Shown: in pieces, positions 62,943-64,000 of the stretch
Layout of the letters: each line of letters begins with the position of its first letter
Numbering within the stretch: the stretch's first letter is position 1
Assembly: GCA_964440545.1 (NCBI GenBank)
Contig: CAYTSO010000002.1
Location: 8,636-72,635, forward strand
Direction: 5' to 3'
Source of the DNA: an uncultured Candidatus Saccharibacteria bacterium
Lineage (GTDB): Bacteria > Patescibacteriota > Minisyncoccia > Phycocordibacterales > UBA9973
DNA length: 64,000 nt
Translations under genes and position numbers: made by a program
Notes under the pieces: model-generated
The model's database searches: none
The model's input: the letters and a program-made list of their open reading frames with translations, nothing else
What the model was told of the DNA's origin: nothing

Positions 62943-64000
62943 TGAAAAAGTTTAAAAATATATTTCGTGGTTTATTGGTCGTAGCGCTTGCTTGTGCAAG
63001 TATTTTGCTTCCTACTGGAGCAGTTTTTGCTGCCGACAATGAAAGCATTTCTTTGCCGGGTTTTGACGTTCGCGGAATGGTGAATGACGGAGCAGACATT
63101 TTTGCTTCTCCCTTCAACAGCCCCCCAATGGTTTTAACCGTTGACATACCTAGCGACAGTTTCGATGGTCACACAATTATGACCGGAGATGGTGTTTACG
63201 GTATGTTTTTTGCCGGTGATTATCTTTACGTCGCTGCCGGCCTAGGAGAGAGTTTGGACAAGAGTGCCCTCGTAGAAGAAAAGGGTGTTCTTCCAACCTT
63301 TATCAATTCTGGTGGATTACAGGTTTTTGATAGAAACATGGACAGTGTTTCTCCTTTCTATGGTTACCCGGATTACACTTATAGCAAGGTTGTTGTAAAT
63401 AGTGACGGAGTAGCTTTTGTGGCTTATTTAGATGAGTCCTGGAATCCATGGATGGAAGCAGTTTCCTATGCTGACCCTTCCAATCCAACTTCTCTTTCTG
63501 ACACAAATCTGCTTGCCTCTTCTGTTGTTGATATTGTAGATGCTTCTATTTCTGGAAATTATGCCTATGTGGCTATTGGTGAAGGTGAAGGAGGATCAGT
63601 AAATATTGTGGATATCTCTAATCCTGTCGAGGTTTCTGATTTTAGAGAAGGAGCTCCTTCTGGTATTTATGTGGTTGGAGTTTACCCAACCTCATCAGGT
63701 GTTACTTCTGTTACTGCCAACGGAACCATGATGTATGTCGGCCATGACAGCGAGGTAGACGTAGTGGACGTTTCTAATCCAGCTAGCCCGGTGTTTTTGT
63801 CAACCATTTCTACTGGCGCATTGGTAAATGACTTAGCGGTAGATGATAGTTATCTTTATGTTGCCAACGTAGATGGCTTAAAGATTTATTCTGCCTCAGC
63901 ATCAGTGCCTACATTTGTTGAAAGAGTTACTCCTGTCTTGGATACTCCGGTAGGAGAATTTCTTGCCCCCACAGAAGGTACAGCTGTATCTTTAGATGGA
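62943..64000 (+). CDS. secreted LVIVD-repeat (beta-propeller) protein. It is not in the supplied ORF track because no stop codon falls inside the window.
   Basis: Frame open from the ATG at 62943 to the window end. Signal peptide MKKFKNIFRGLLVVALACASILLPTGAVFA. Repeats YAYVAIGEGEGGSVNIVDISNP, MYVGHDSEVDVVDVSNP and LYVANVDGLKIYSAS. Confidence 0.65.

Overview
The window looks like ~64 kb of a small, low-GC (~35%), gene-dense bacterial genome. The mix of features suggests a reduced-genome Patescibacteria/CPR-like bacterium (inference from sequence only): fused housekeeping genes, a hinge-less SMC, a ThrRS lacking the N-terminal TGS region, many leaderless-looking starts, and secreted proteins with peptidoglycan-binding domains.

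Core region, 4.2-50 kb: ligA 3' end, SufS-like desulfurase, UvrD-like helicase-nuclease, pheS, gyrB, thrS, rpmF, a NusB-NUDIX fusion, rnc, smc, a DacA-CapA fusion, rnr, rpsP, trmD, rpoB, rpoC, dnaG, rpoD, tsf, rpsB, proS, mreBC, tgt, and an arginine-decarboxylase-like gene. Stable RNAs are tRNA-Ser(GGA), tRNA-Thr(UGU), RNase P RNA, two tandem tRNA-Ala genes and tRNA-Asn(GUU).

Most unusual locus, 716-4229: a ~3.5 kb element inserted exactly at the 3' end of tRNA-Ser. It is built from two back-to-back modules, each bounded by perfect long inverted repeats. The first (120-bp IRs) encloses a large serine recombinase. The second (198-bp IRs) encloses an XRE-family HTH regulator, an alpha/beta hydrolase and a small membrane protein. 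The IRs meet at a shared CCGC/GCGG junction. Taken together this looks like a compact integrative, or invertible two-module, element of a kind I do not recognise.

Accessory region, ~50.4-64 kb, downstream of RNase P RNA and the tRNA-Ala/Asn cluster. It holds surface and secreted proteins with peptidoglycan-binding, PKD, thrombospondin-3, lamin-tail and LVIVD modules, and a 300-bp-period near-perfect tandem duplication inside one surface-protein gene. It also holds tandem HNH-like modules, Cys-rich mini-proteins, and three GC-rich (~50-60%) islands that are probably horizontally acquired. A ~44-nt GC-rich repeat is embedded in-frame in two unrelated housekeeping genes (trmD and tgt). A candidate ~75-nt sRNA with its own promoter and terminator follows RNase P RNA. 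No CRISPR array, reverse transcriptase or rRNA was seen.
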